This document shows, piece after piece, positions 54,817 to 64,000 of a stretch of DNA of 64,000 nucleotides. The stretch's first letter is position 1, and each line of letters opens with the position of its first letter. Position numbers and translations under genes: made by a program. The notes under the pieces were generated by a model. The model saw only the letters and a program-made list of their open reading frames with translations. It did no database searches and was not told where the DNA came from. The stretch comes from a virus. Taxonomy: Duplodnaviria > Caudoviricetes. The stretch is from IMG/VR virus record IMGVR_UViG_3300032324_000938, positions 1 through 64,000 of that record; one strand, 5' to 3'.

Positions 54817-55259
54817 TGATTATATGGTTTACAGGACAACCCAATAGTGGTAAAACTACATTAGCTTTAGAATTGACTCATCATTTACATGAAATGCGTA
54901 AAGATCTTACCGCAATCATAATAGATGGTGATTCATTAAGAACAATTACAAAAAACGTAGACTATTCAAAAGATGGTAGACGTAAAAATGTACAAACCGC
55001 TATTAATTTATCTATCAATTCAGATACAACTAATGATTATACTATTGTAGCACTTGTATCACCATTTAGAGATTTACGTGAGTCATTAAAAAACAACAAC
55101 AAACATATTGTTAAAGAAATATATTTACACAGTAACAGATTACGTGAGGGTAAAATGGTAGATTACTATGAACCGCCACTAACCAATTATCTCGACATTG
55201 ATACTGATAAGCATACAATAGAAGAATCAATTAAATTAATCTTAGACTATATCAAATGA
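54816..55259 (+). CDS. cysC: Adenylyl-sulfate (APS) kinase
   Basis: WFTGQPNSGKTT, DGDSLR, VSPF and YEPP motifs. Confidence 0.88.
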   Translation: MIIWFTGQPNSGKTTLALELTHHLHEMRKDLTAIIIDGDSLRTITKNVDYSKDGRRKNVQTAINLSINSDTTNDYTIVALVSPFRDLRESLKNNNKHIVKEIYLHSNRLREGKMVDYYEPPLTNYLDIDTDKHTIEESIKLILDYIK

Positions 55260-55747
55260 AAGCAATAATGGCAATGTCTGAAAATAGATGTATTGGAAAA
55301 GAAAATAAAATTCCATGGTATATTCCAAATGATTTCAAATGGTTCAAAGAATTTACCACGGGTAAAAAACTTATTGTGGGTAAAAATACATTTGATACAT
55401 TACCATTTTTGAAAAACAGAGAAATTCTGGTATTAACAAGAAGAATTGAAGAATTGGATGCTTATATTCAAAATCAATATTTTGTTAACAAAAACAATCT
55501 TAGTGGTAAACTTATAGATACAACCGATATATCTTTAATGGATTTAAATAATGATCCTGATGTAATTGTTGCGGGTGGAGCTAAAACATATGTTAGATTA
55601 TTACCGTATATTACAGAATTTTATGTTACGCATGTAAATGGTAGTTATGAAGGTGATACATTTATGCCACCATTTGAAGATTTGTTTACTAATAAAGAAG
55701 TTGTAAAAGAATTTGACGGGCACAAAGTTATCAAGTATAGTAAGTAA
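55256..55747 (+). CDS. folA: Dihydrofolate reductase
   Basis: IGKENKIPW, DFKWFK, IVGKNT, GGA and GDTFMP motifs. Confidence 0.92.
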   Translation: MKAIMAMSENRCIGKENKIPWYIPNDFKWFKEFTTGKKLIVGKNTFDTLPFLKNREILVLTRRIEELDAYIQNQYFVNKNNLSGKLIDTTDISLMDLNNDPDVIVAGGAKTYVRLLPYITEFYVTHVNGSYEGDTFMPPFEDLFTNKEVVKEFDGHKVIKYSK

Positions 55748-55748
55748 T

Positions 55749-56000
55749 ATGAACAAAGTAGATATACAAATATTCAATCGTAATGATGTTAATCACATGA
55801 GATGCATCAGAGATGTTGAAATGGAAATAAGATACGGAAACAAATGTCCAGTATTCAACGATGAACATAACGATGTCAGACAACACATTAGAGATGTTCT
55901 AATAAACAAAACCGTGGAAAATAAAGAAATTACAGAATTCTATAACTTTATGGTTAATATGTTGGCAAATGTCAGTAAAGAAATAAAAAACTATGAATAA
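55749..56000 (+). CDS. Hypothetical protein (MNKVDIQ...)
   Basis: ORF trimmed to first ATG. Confidence 0.6.
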   Translation: MNKVDIQIFNRNDVNHMRCIRDVEMEIRYGNKCPVFNDEHNDVRQHIRDVLINKTVENKEITEFYNFMVNMLANVSKEIKNYE

Positions 56001-56184
56001 AGTAGATAAAGGATATACTTTTAATGAGTTTTTAGAAGGTGGTAAAATACTTGCGAGTCAAATCAAAAATGGCAATTTTCCAATAGAAGGAACAACCGAA
56101 AAAGATTACATGATCATAGGTGATTTCGCAGTGTATACACCATACATTCCATTATACACAACACCATTACCAGAAAAAAATTGA
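55993..56184 (+). CDS. Hypothetical protein (MNKVDKG...)
   Basis: ORF track. Confidence 0.6.
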   Translation: MNKVDKGYTFNEFLEGGKILASQIKNGNFPIEGTTEKDYMIIGDFAVYTPYIPLYTTPLPEKN

Positions 56185-56209
56185 TAAAGAACCCGTAAAT
56201 CCATAAATC

Positions 56210-57319
56210 ATGAATAAAGTAGACACAGAATATTTCAGAATTGTCAATGATATTTTGACAAACGGACGACTTAAAAAGAACCGAACTGGTGTAGATACCA
56301 TTGGTATTTTTGGTGCTCAAGCCAAATACAATGTGGATCTAAACGCATTTCCTCTATTAACAACCAAAAAAGTTCATTGGCCAGCAATCGTACATGAATT
56401 GCTTTGGTTTATCAGTGGAGATACCAACATCAAGTATCTTGTTGATAATGATGTTAAAATCTGGAATGAATGGGCCTGTAAACGATACATGGAGAAAACA
56501 GGAGCTAAAGGACATATATCAGCTATATTGCCAATTTATGTAAAAAATATTAAAGAAGATGTTGAATTTGCTAAGGAATGGGGTGAGCTTGGTGAAGGAA
56601 CTTATGGTGGAATGTGGCGGGATTTTCCATTTTTTACAATTGTTGATAAAATTGATCCATCAACAATGCCAAAATTCAAATCTTTAGGAACAAAGGGAAT
56701 GTATTGTGGAGATGAACCATTAACTTTTCTAGGAAGAATTGATCAAATTACAAAAGTTCTTGAAAAGTTAAAGAACAATCCAGATGATCGTCGTATGATT
56801 GTGAGTGCATGGCATCCATACTGGGTAGATCATTGTGCCTTACCTCCGTGCCATTGTCTATTCCACTTTCATACAGAAGAATTGACACTGGAAGAACGAA
56901 TTGAAATTTTACAGAAACAAGTTGGTCCTGTAAATCTTCCTAAATCTGATGTGTGGATCATTCAAAAACTGAACGAGGACAATATTCCAACTCGTCGTTT
57001 GAATTGTTTGTTATACCAGCGTAGTTGCGATTTTTTCTTAGGAATTCCTTTTAACATTGCGTCATATAGTTTGTTGACCGCAATGATTGCTCATGTTAGT
57101 AATATGGTACCGGGAACATTTACTCATAGTCACGGTGATGCTCACATTTATGTCAACCACTTGGATCAAATCAAGCTACAAATGAGTCGTGAACCAAAAG
57201 CACTGCCTAGTTTGTGGTTGAATCCAGAGGTTAAATCATTGTTTGATTTCAAATTTGACGACATCAAGCTGTTGAACTATGATCCACATCCAACAATTAA
57301 AGCGGAGGTAGCAGTATGA
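56210..57319 (+). CDS. thyA: Thymidylate synthase
   Basis: RTG, FPLLTTKKV, DDRRMIVSAW, LPPCH and YQRSCDFFLGIPFN motifs. Confidence 0.97.
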   Translation: MNKVDTEYFRIVNDILTNGRLKKNRTGVDTIGIFGAQAKYNVDLNAFPLLTTKKVHWPAIVHELLWFISGDTNIKYLVDNDVKIWNEWACKRYMEKTGAKGHISAILPIYVKNIKEDVEFAKEWGELGEGTYGGMWRDFPFFTIVDKIDPSTMPKFKSLGTKGMYCGDEPLTFLGRIDQITKVLEKLKNNPDDRRMIVSAWHPYWVDHCALPPCHCLFHFHTEELTLEERIEILQKQVGPVNLPKSDVWIIQKLNEDNIPTRRLNCLLYQRSCDFFLGIPFNIASYSLLTAMIAHVSNMVPGTFTHSHGDAHIYVNHLDQIKLQMSREPKALPSLWLNPEVKSLFDFKFDDIKLLNYDPHPTIKAEVAV

Positions 57320-57501
57320 AATACAAATATAGTGTTAGAATACATAATGTATCTACTACCGAAGAGTTGGAAACTATAATGAACGAATATGGTTCAAAAG
57401 GTATTCGTGTCATTAAAGCAGATTTCTTAGGTTATAAACTAGTTAACTGTAGACAAGAAGCTAAATATACTCTATATTTAGAAGAGAAAATTAAAAAATG
57501 A
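57316..57501 (+). CDS. Hypothetical protein
   Basis: ORF track. Confidence 0.65.
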   Translation: MKYKYSVRIHNVSTTEELETIMNEYGSKGIRVIKADFLGYKLVNCRQEAKYTLYLEEKIKK

Positions 57502-57878
57502 TAACAAATTACAATTTATTCTTGGATGATGAAAGGTTACCAAACCATGTTACTTGGGTTGATTTACCTCCTAATCAACACTATAGCGTAGTAAGAAACT
57601 ATCAAGAGTTTGTAGATCTAATTACACTCAGAGGACTTCCTAAGTTTGTAACTTATGATCATGACTTGGCATCTGGACATTACGGTCACGGTTTACAAGG
57701 TGACTCAATTCCATATGACAAATATACAGAAAAGACTGGGTATGATTGTGCTAAATGGTTGGTTGATTATTGTATGAAAAAGGGTGTAAAACATCCTCCA
57801 TATCAAGTACATAGTATGAATCCAGTGGGTAAATCTAATATTATTAGTTATGTTGAATCATATAATAGAACAGTTTAA
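57498..57878 (+). CDS. Cyclic-phosphate-processing receiver-like domain protein
   Basis: LFLDDER, YDHDL, TGYDCAKWL and HSMNPVG motifs. Confidence 0.8.
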   Translation: MITNYNLFLDDERLPNHVTWVDLPPNQHYSVVRNYQEFVDLITLRGLPKFVTYDHDLASGHYGHGLQGDSIPYDKYTEKTGYDCAKWLVDYCMKKGVKHPPYQVHSMNPVGKSNIISYVESYNRTV

Positions 57879-58068
57879 ATATAAACTTTACACTGCTTTA
57901 ACTTATTTAACAGTTGTATCTTTTATATATTTAATCATTGCAAGTATTGTGTTTGCTTTTAGACATCCATGGGCAACTGATATGCAAAGATTTATTCATA
58001 TTGGTGATGCATTGATGTTTAATAAAATATCCTACAAAGAAATGAGAGGAGAATATGAAGAGCGCTGA
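57850..58068 (+). CDS. Small membrane protein
   Basis: Hydrophobic helix. Confidence 0.6.
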   Translation: MLNHIIEQFKYKLYTALTYLTVVSFIYLIIASIVFAFRHPWATDMQRFIHIGDALMFNKISYKEMRGEYEER

Positions 58069-58249
58069 TAATATTGTTGAAATAGAAGAAGTTGAACTTA
58101 AAAAGTATACTAAGTTAAAAGAGGGTACTAAGATTGAGCCCGGAGATTTAGTTTACATATATGATAATTGTTATGCTAAACTAAGCAAGGGTAGTCGTGT
58201 TTGTAAAGAAGTTATTAATAAATTTAATACAATTTTAAGGAAAAAATAA
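58055..58249 (+). CDS. Hypothetical protein
   Basis: ORF track. Confidence 0.65.
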   Translation: MKSADNIVEIEEVELKKYTKLKEGTKIEPGDLVYIYDNCYAKLSKGSRVCKEVINKFNTILRKK

Positions 58250-58250
58250 T

Positions 58251-58505
58251 ATGAAGGATCAGGATTCAACATTTCTCATTTGTGATTGTTTTGAACACGG
58301 ACTTTTAGTAGAAAGGTTTAAAGATGAAAATGAAGTATCATTAAGCTTCTTTGAAAGAGGTCTTAGTGGTAGAACACTTGGATGGTCTGAGAGATTAAGA
58401 TGGTGTTGGCAAATTATTAGATATGGCAGACCATGGTCAGATTTTGTTATTTTGAATGAAGAAAATCAACAACAGTTAAAAGATTTTCTAAACAAAAAGA
58501 TTTAA
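58251..58505 (+). CDS. Hypothetical protein
   Basis: ORF track. Confidence 0.7.
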   Translation: MKDQDSTFLICDCFEHGLLVERFKDENEVSLSFFERGLSGRTLGWSERLRWCWQIIRYGRPWSDFVILNEENQQQLKDFLNKKI

Positions 58506-58576
58506 TTTGTGAGTGGTTATCACAGATTAATTAGTATATAAAACCAACAATAAAAACTAAATATTAGGATAAAATT

Positions 58577-58792
58577 ATGTCTAATAAGACAAATAAAAGT
58601 GCAGAAACGGTAGCTTCTTTTTCAAAGAAGTTTGTAGTAGTACGTAGTGGTACACGGGTAAGTGAATTGGTCTATGAATCAAAACAAGATGCAAAGATTG
58701 AGTTTGATCATTGGTCTGGTATTTTAAAGCGTTGGCCAGACGGTACTAAAGTTGAAATTGCAGAGTATGATGAAAAGAAACATAAGGTATAA
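58577..58792 (+). CDS. Hypothetical protein
   Basis: ORF track. Confidence 0.7.
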   Translation: MSNKTNKSAETVASFSKKFVVVRSGTRVSELVYESKQDAKIEFDHWSGILKRWPDGTKVEIAEYDEKKHKV

Positions 58793-58794
58793 TT

Positions 58795-59025
58795 ATGAAT
58801 AAATCAATTGGACTAAGAGAACAAATCAGAGACGCAACCTCAAATGAAGAAGTTCAATCTTTATTGAACGTTGGAAAAACATTTGAATGGGCTACACCAA
58901 GAACTAAACTCAGTTGGAAACACACTGCAAATAGAACTCTTGAGAAACTAACATCTGCAACAAAAACTGCGGAGGTAAATTCAGAAGAAAAGAAAGAAAA
59001 GAAGAAAGTTTCTAAAAAGAAGTAA
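58795..59025 (+). CDS. Hypothetical protein
   Basis: ORF track; terminator at about 59051-59090. Confidence 0.7.
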   Translation: MNKSIGLREQIRDATSNEEVQSLLNVGKTFEWATPRTKLSWKHTANRTLEKLTSATKTAEVNSEEKKEKKKVSKKK

Positions 59026-59125
59026 GCAATATATATCTAATATAAGAACCAAAACGTCACTAAATAGTTTCCTATTCAGTGGCGTTTTTTGCTTTTAAAT
59101 TATATAGGTTGATATTTATGTTAGT

Positions 59126-59479
59126 ATGCCAAAAGCATCTACAAAAAAATATAAACCATATTTGTTACCGTCAGAATTTAGTGAGATGGAGAGATTTATT
59201 GAAGTTAATAAAACTTTGATGACGGAACAAGTGATTTCGTCTATTGAATATGCTTTAGACAAAAATTTAAATGTTGTTGAAGTATTTTCATTTAAGGATT
59301 CTGATTTTGTTGTTACGTTGCCATTTGAACAATTTAAAGATAATTTGTTACACGTATACAATTATTACATTCAAATGGAAAAATATGAACTTTGTACTCG
59401 AATCAAAAAAATAGAGACAAAATTGGACAGTGAATTAAAAAAAATAAACACGCATGAAAAAAAACAAAAAGAAAAATAA
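59126..59479 (+). CDS. Hypothetical protein
   Basis: ORF; TATTTAT at 59113. Confidence 0.75.
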   Translation: MPKASTKKYKPYLLPSEFSEMERFIEVNKTLMTEQVISSIEYALDKNLNVVEVFSFKDSDFVVTLPFEQFKDNLLHVYNYYIQMEKYELCTRIKKIETKLDSELKKINTHEKKQKEK

Positions 59480-60215
59480 CAGCGTTCAAAACAATACTCC
59501 AATAGAGGAACAAAAAATTGACAAAAGTCCAATTGTATATCAAAAATCAAAATTAAGAAATGAACTTTCAATATATGAAAGAGAATTAACAGAAAAACAA
59601 AAACAATTTGTTGAAATTGCTTTAAATAAAGAAACAAAAATGGTATTTGTCAGTGGTCCTGCAGGTACTTCCAAAACATACATTACTATATATGCTGCTC
59701 TTAAACTACTAAATAGTAAAAAGATCAGTGATTTATTGTATATCAGAAGCGCAGTAGAAAGTTCTGATAATAAACTTGGATTTTTGCCAGGTGAAGCACA
59801 TGAAAAAATGGCACCATATATTCAACCATTATTGGAAAAATTATATGAAATGCTTCCAAAACATCAAATAGATCAACTAGAAAAAGAAGAACGTATTGAT
59901 AGTATTCCCCTTGGATTTTTACGTGGATTAAACTGGAACGCAAAATGTATCATTGCAGATGAAGCTCAAAATATGACTTCAAAAGAACTAATTACTCTAA
60001 TTACCAGAACAGGTGAATTTAGTAAAGTGTTCATTATGGGCGATCCAGAACAATCTGATATTAATGGAAAAAGCGGATTTACTAAAGTTTTAAGTCTATT
60101 TGATGATGAAGAAAGTCGTCAAAATGGTATATTTGTCTTCAAATTTGATGAAGATGACATTGTAAGAAGTGCTTTAGTAAAGTATATTATTAAAAAAATC
60201 AAAAAGATGTCTTAA
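59454..60215 (+). CDS. phoH: PhoH-family ATPase
   Basis: GPAGTSKT, LGFLPG, FLRG, DEAQN and GDPEQSD motifs. Confidence 0.93.
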   Translation: MKKNKKKNNSVQNNTPIEEQKIDKSPIVYQKSKLRNELSIYERELTEKQKQFVEIALNKETKMVFVSGPAGTSKTYITIYAALKLLNSKKISDLLYIRSAVESSDNKLGFLPGEAHEKMAPYIQPLLEKLYEMLPKHQIDQLEKEERIDSIPLGFLRGLNWNAKCIIADEAQNMTSKELITLITRTGEFSKVFIMGDPEQSDINGKSGFTKVLSLFDDEESRQNGIFVFKFDEDDIVRSALVKYIIKKIKKMS

Positions 60216-60243
60216 TTTATATTTATATATATCTTAAGACAGT

Positions 60244-61533
60244 ATGCCTTCAGAAAATAAAACAATTACAAATTTAGATTCATTGTCTGCTACCGCAATA
60301 TCAGACAATGATCTATTTTTATTTGTAGACCTCAAATCCAATGAAATTAAGAATATTGCTGCAAGTGAATTTGCACAATATAATGTAACCGCATCAGGTA
60401 TTTTAACCACATTAGTAAGCGGATCATTTACGGGAAGTTTTACTGGATCATTAACAGGATTGATACAATCTTCTTCATATGCAAAAACTGCATCATTATC
60501 ATTAACAAGTAGTAATCTGTTTTATAATGGATTAAATAACGGTACTGCATCATATAGTGTAAATTCAGCTATGTCAGATTATGCACTTAGTGCAAGTTAT
60601 TCATTAAGTTCTTCATATGCAACAACTGCTTCATATTCAATCACTGCATCACAGGCATATGCAACTGGATCTACACATTCAATATTAACTACTGGTTTAT
60701 CTGATTATGCGTTAAACGGTCTATTATCAAATACATCATCTTATATAAAATATAACGGACAAAATAATGGAACAGTATACAGATCAATAATAACTGAAAC
60801 TGCAAATTATTGTCTAACTGCTTCAAATTTACAAGATGATAATACAACAATTGTTGCTAGATCAATCACATCAAGTTTTGCTCAAAATGCGTTAACCTCA
60901 TCATTTATAGTATCTGCATCTACCTCAAATTTTGCGGAAACATCATCTTTAGGATCAAATGTTGTTTTTTCTTATGTTAGATTCAGAATACAATCAGCAG
61001 GTACTGATGGCAAGTATGAAATTATACCAGAAAGTTGGTATAATATATCAAATATAGGTATGTCACCTAATCCTGTAACCAAGGTTGATACTTATGACAT
61101 TCAATTTGATGTAAAATATAAAGATTATGCAAAACCATCACTTGATAATAAAAATGCTTGTATAACAAAATTTAAACCAACTGTAATTAGTAATTTTGAA
61201 TTTGGAAATTTATCAGAATTACAAAAATCTAAACAAAGCGGAGCAAATCCAGGTGGAGGATATACACCATATTATTTTGCTTCAAATGGATATTCTTGCA
61301 CTGATGCGGGTTTTGTTTTGAAATTTACTTTAGTAGGATTTGATCAAAAGGATAACAAATTTAATCCACGTAATTTTGCTAGTAACTTTGCAGCTAGAAT
61401 GACATCAATAGCAAATGACTTATTGGAAGGATCAGTTTTTACCGCTATAGTTTATATAGATCCAAACGGAGTGGACATTAATACACCTAGTAGTACTAAA
61501 TACCCATTTGTAGATCATACGAAATCATGTTAA
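60244..61533 (+). CDS. Ser/Thr-rich structural (tail-fibre-like) paralogue 1
   Basis: ITxL N-terminus, SGSFTG, NNGTASYS repeats. Confidence 0.75.
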   Translation: MPSENKTITNLDSLSATAISDNDLFLFVDLKSNEIKNIAASEFAQYNVTASGILTTLVSGSFTGSFTGSLTGLIQSSSYAKTASLSLTSSNLFYNGLNNGTASYSVNSAMSDYALSASYSLSSSYATTASYSITASQAYATGSTHSILTTGLSDYALNGLLSNTSSYIKYNGQNNGTVYRSIITETANYCLTASNLQDDNTTIVARSITSSFAQNALTSSFIVSASTSNFAETSSLGSNVVFSYVRFRIQSAGTDGKYEIIPESWYNISNIGMSPNPVTKVDTYDIQFDVKYKDYAKPSLDNKNACITKFKPTVISNFEFGNLSELQKSKQSGANPGGGYTPYYFASNGYSCTDAGFVLKFTLVGFDQKDNKFNPRNFASNFAARMTSIANDLLEGSVFTAIVYIDPNGVDINTPSSTKYPFVDHTKSC

Positions 61534-61554
61534 TTTGAATATTTATTGTAAACT

Positions 61555-62715
61555 ATGGACCAACAAATTACAGATTTAGACTTAATAACAAAAGATGAAA
61601 TGAATAATAACAATTTATTATTCATACAAGACATTTCTGAATCAGAAACAAAGAACATAGTAATTTCAGATTTAACTCAATACACTATTAGTTCTTCAAA
61701 TATTTTATCATCTTTAAGAACAGGTTCATTTACAGGAAGTTTTTTTGGTATTGTAAGCGGATCAACATCTTCATCATCTTATTGTGATACTGCAAGTTAT
61801 GCACAAACCACATTCTTATTAAATTATATACCAGGAATAAGCAACGGGTCAAGTTCATATTCAATTAATTCACTGTCATCATCACTATCAACTAGTTCAT
61901 CTTTTAATACATCTGCTTCATTTTCAATTACGTCATCATATTCAAATAAAACATCTTATGTATCAGTATTAACTGCAAATACATCATCAACTTCAATAAC
62001 AGCTTCAAATGTTAACTATTCATCATATTCAAATACCGCTTTGTTTTTGAATTATAATGGAATTGATAATGGAACATGTTTACGTTCTATTATTGCTGAA
62101 AATGCAAGTAATTCTTTAATTGTTAAAAATTTAAGGACTGATAATACATCTACATCCTCACTTGCAATATCATCAAGTTATGCACTATTTGCTGAAAAAT
62201 CCTTGTACATAAAACAAACTGAATATTCAAAAAATAGTGCAAAGTCACAATATACATCAAAAAATGTATATGCTTATATAAATTTTCAAGTTATTGATGT
62301 AAACCAATTTAATATATACAGTTGGAAAAATATAAGATTAGATGTTCCTATTAAATGGAAACAAACAGGACCATTTGGTCAATTTTATATATATTTTGAT
62401 AAACCAGTGGATATTGGAACAACAACAGTTGTATCTGATTGGAACTTTGAAACATCACGTTTTGTTATTCCAAATAATATATTTAAATCATATTCATTTC
62501 CAAACAAACGTCTTGGAATGGTAGTAGGTATTTGGACTGTAGGAATTAGTGCAGGTGATGGTCAATCAACATGGTATGTGAGAGATCCAAGTGAAATGTT
62601 AATTGGATCTACATTTTCAGTAGTTGCATATAAATCAACGCAAAAATTTCCAGAAAGTGTATCTTTGGGAGCTACAAATAATATAGTTCAAGTAGGAGGA
62701 TGTGCAGCATTATAA
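61555..62715 (+). CDS. Structural paralogue 2
   Basis: Same architecture. Confidence 0.75.
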   Translation: MDQQITDLDLITKDEMNNNNLLFIQDISESETKNIVISDLTQYTISSSNILSSLRTGSFTGSFFGIVSGSTSSSSYCDTASYAQTTFLLNYIPGISNGSSSYSINSLSSSLSTSSSFNTSASFSITSSYSNKTSYVSVLTANTSSTSITASNVNYSSYSNTALFLNYNGIDNGTCLRSIIAENASNSLIVKNLRTDNTSTSSLAISSSYALFAEKSLYIKQTEYSKNSAKSQYTSKNVYAYINFQVIDVNQFNIYSWKNIRLDVPIKWKQTGPFGQFYIYFDKPVDIGTTTVVSDWNFETSRFVIPNNIFKSYSFPNKRLGMVVGIWTVGISAGDGQSTWYVRDPSEMLIGSTFSVVAYKSTQKFPESVSLGATNNIVQVGGCAAL

Positions 62716-62719
62716 TTTT

Positions 62720-63985
62720 ATGTCACACATAATAACAGAATTAAAAAATTTATCACTTGAGGAAGTTGTCAATAATGATTATATTATTGTGACTGAAGTA
62801 ACTAATAGTTTGGGTCAAATTGAAACCAAAACTATGAACTTAAGTGAATATACTAAATACAACATAACGTCATCAAATGTATTAACTGCATTTAGATCAG
62901 GATCACATAGTGGCAAATTTATAGGAAATTTATTAGGTTCTTCATTGTCGGCATCAGTATCAACCACTGCTAGTTTTTCTAATACAGCAAATTATTTGAA
63001 TTATTCTTCAAATAATGGTACTGCATCATATTCAATAAATGCAAATAGTGTACCTATCAATTCAAACAGTTCATATGCATCAACATCATCATACTCAACA
63101 AACTCCGTTACTTCTTCAAGAGCATCATATGTAAATGTTGACAACGTTACATATAAAACAGATACATCTGATTTTTCTTATAATTCTGTTAGTGCATCAA
63201 ATTCTCAGAAAACCAATTATTTGAATTTTAATGGAACTGACAATGGTATTATTTATCATGCAATTAATAGTGATACTTGTTCATACGCATCAATTGCAAC
63301 CGGTTTATCATATCCAAATATATCAACCGCAAATAAATCAATAACATCAAGTTATTCTTCTACATCCATATCCGCTTCTTATTCATTAAGTTCATCATAT
63401 ACAGATTTTTCAATAAAATCTATATTTTCAGAAAGTGAAGCACACGCATATATTACATTGCTTATAAATGGTACCGGTGATCAATTAGTAGACGTACTTG
63501 ATTCAGGAAATATAAATGGTGTAATTAGTATAAAAGAATATTACAATATAAATAAAGCTATATTAAGTCCTGGACTTAATAATTCAATTGAAATTATCAT
63601 TCAATTTGAAAATGAATTGAAAGATGAAAAATCAGCACTGATTAAAGTTGATAGTTCTAGTAGAGCACAATTTAGTGATCCGGCTGCATATACTAATGAT
63701 ACTGATTTATATAATTATACTCCTCTGTTTAATGCACAAGGTGGCGTTGACAATATTCCATGGGATATAACAACAGGTAAAAGTTGTTCAAAGAGCACTG
63801 CAAAAATAACTTTAATTAGTAGAAAGTATGGTACTAAAGAAACTAGCGCAGAACAATTTGAAACGTTAGCAGTTGATGTATTCAATAAATCTTATATTTC
63901 ATTGGTTGTGTTGAATGGAAATGCAATCGGTGAAGGTAAAAACTATCCAGAAACACCTCCAACTACAATTGCTCCAAAATGTTAA
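62720..63985 (+). CDS. Structural paralogue 3
   Basis: Same architecture. Confidence 0.75.
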   Translation: MSHIITELKNLSLEEVVNNDYIIVTEVTNSLGQIETKTMNLSEYTKYNITSSNVLTAFRSGSHSGKFIGNLLGSSLSASVSTTASFSNTANYLNYSSNNGTASYSINANSVPINSNSSYASTSSYSTNSVTSSRASYVNVDNVTYKTDTSDFSYNSVSASNSQKTNYLNFNGTDNGIIYHAINSDTCSYASIATGLSYPNISTANKSITSSYSSTSISASYSLSSSYTDFSIKSIFSESEAHAYITLLINGTGDQLVDVLDSGNINGVISIKEYYNINKAILSPGLNNSIEIIIQFENELKDEKSALIKVDSSSRAQFSDPAAYTNDTDLYNYTPLFNAQGGVDNIPWDITTGKSCSKSTAKITLISRKYGTKETSAEQFETLAVDVFNKSYISLVVLNGNAIGEGKNYPETPPTTIAPKC

Positions 63986-64000
63986 GGTGTTTATTTTAAT

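Overview
64 kb segment of a large, AT-rich, T4-like or jumbo tailed bacteriophage genome. No rRNA, CRISPR array or integrase was seen. The host is probably Gram-negative with sigma70-type promoters; Verrucomicrobiota is suggested but unproven. Layout: (1) 1-14.6 kb: small early genes, each with its own near-leaderless TTGACN-16/17-TAnnnT promoter, an SF2 helicase, and envelope/lipid enzymes (GT4, fatty-acid hydroxylase, MJ1255-type GT plus LpxH-like phosphoesterase). (2) 14.6-24.8 kb: a tandem array of 12 leucine-rich-repeat paralogues, most with a 10-aa MIKLKDLLxE head resembling the T4 capsid-targeting sequence. (3) 24.8-27.6 kb: a second paralogue family. (4) ~31.2 kb: a sharp strand-skew switch with hairpins and repeats (candidate origin or terminus). 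(5) 32.7-45.1 kb: two tRNA operons (20 + 13 tRNAs, 19 amino acids, no Met seen), tmRNA, homing endonucleases, a porin-like gene and many tRNA-like structured RNAs. (6) 45-64 kb: tail-fibre/LamG structural genes, cysC, folA, thyA, phoH. Top finding: each tRNA operon is preceded by a short leader ORF plus mutually exclusive antiterminator/terminator hairpins, and each leader peptide is built almost entirely from codons read by the tRNAs of its own downstream operon (25/26 and 15/16 codons). This is a candidate translation-sensing attenuator controlling phage tRNA supply. All family names come from motif recognition by eye, not from database searches.
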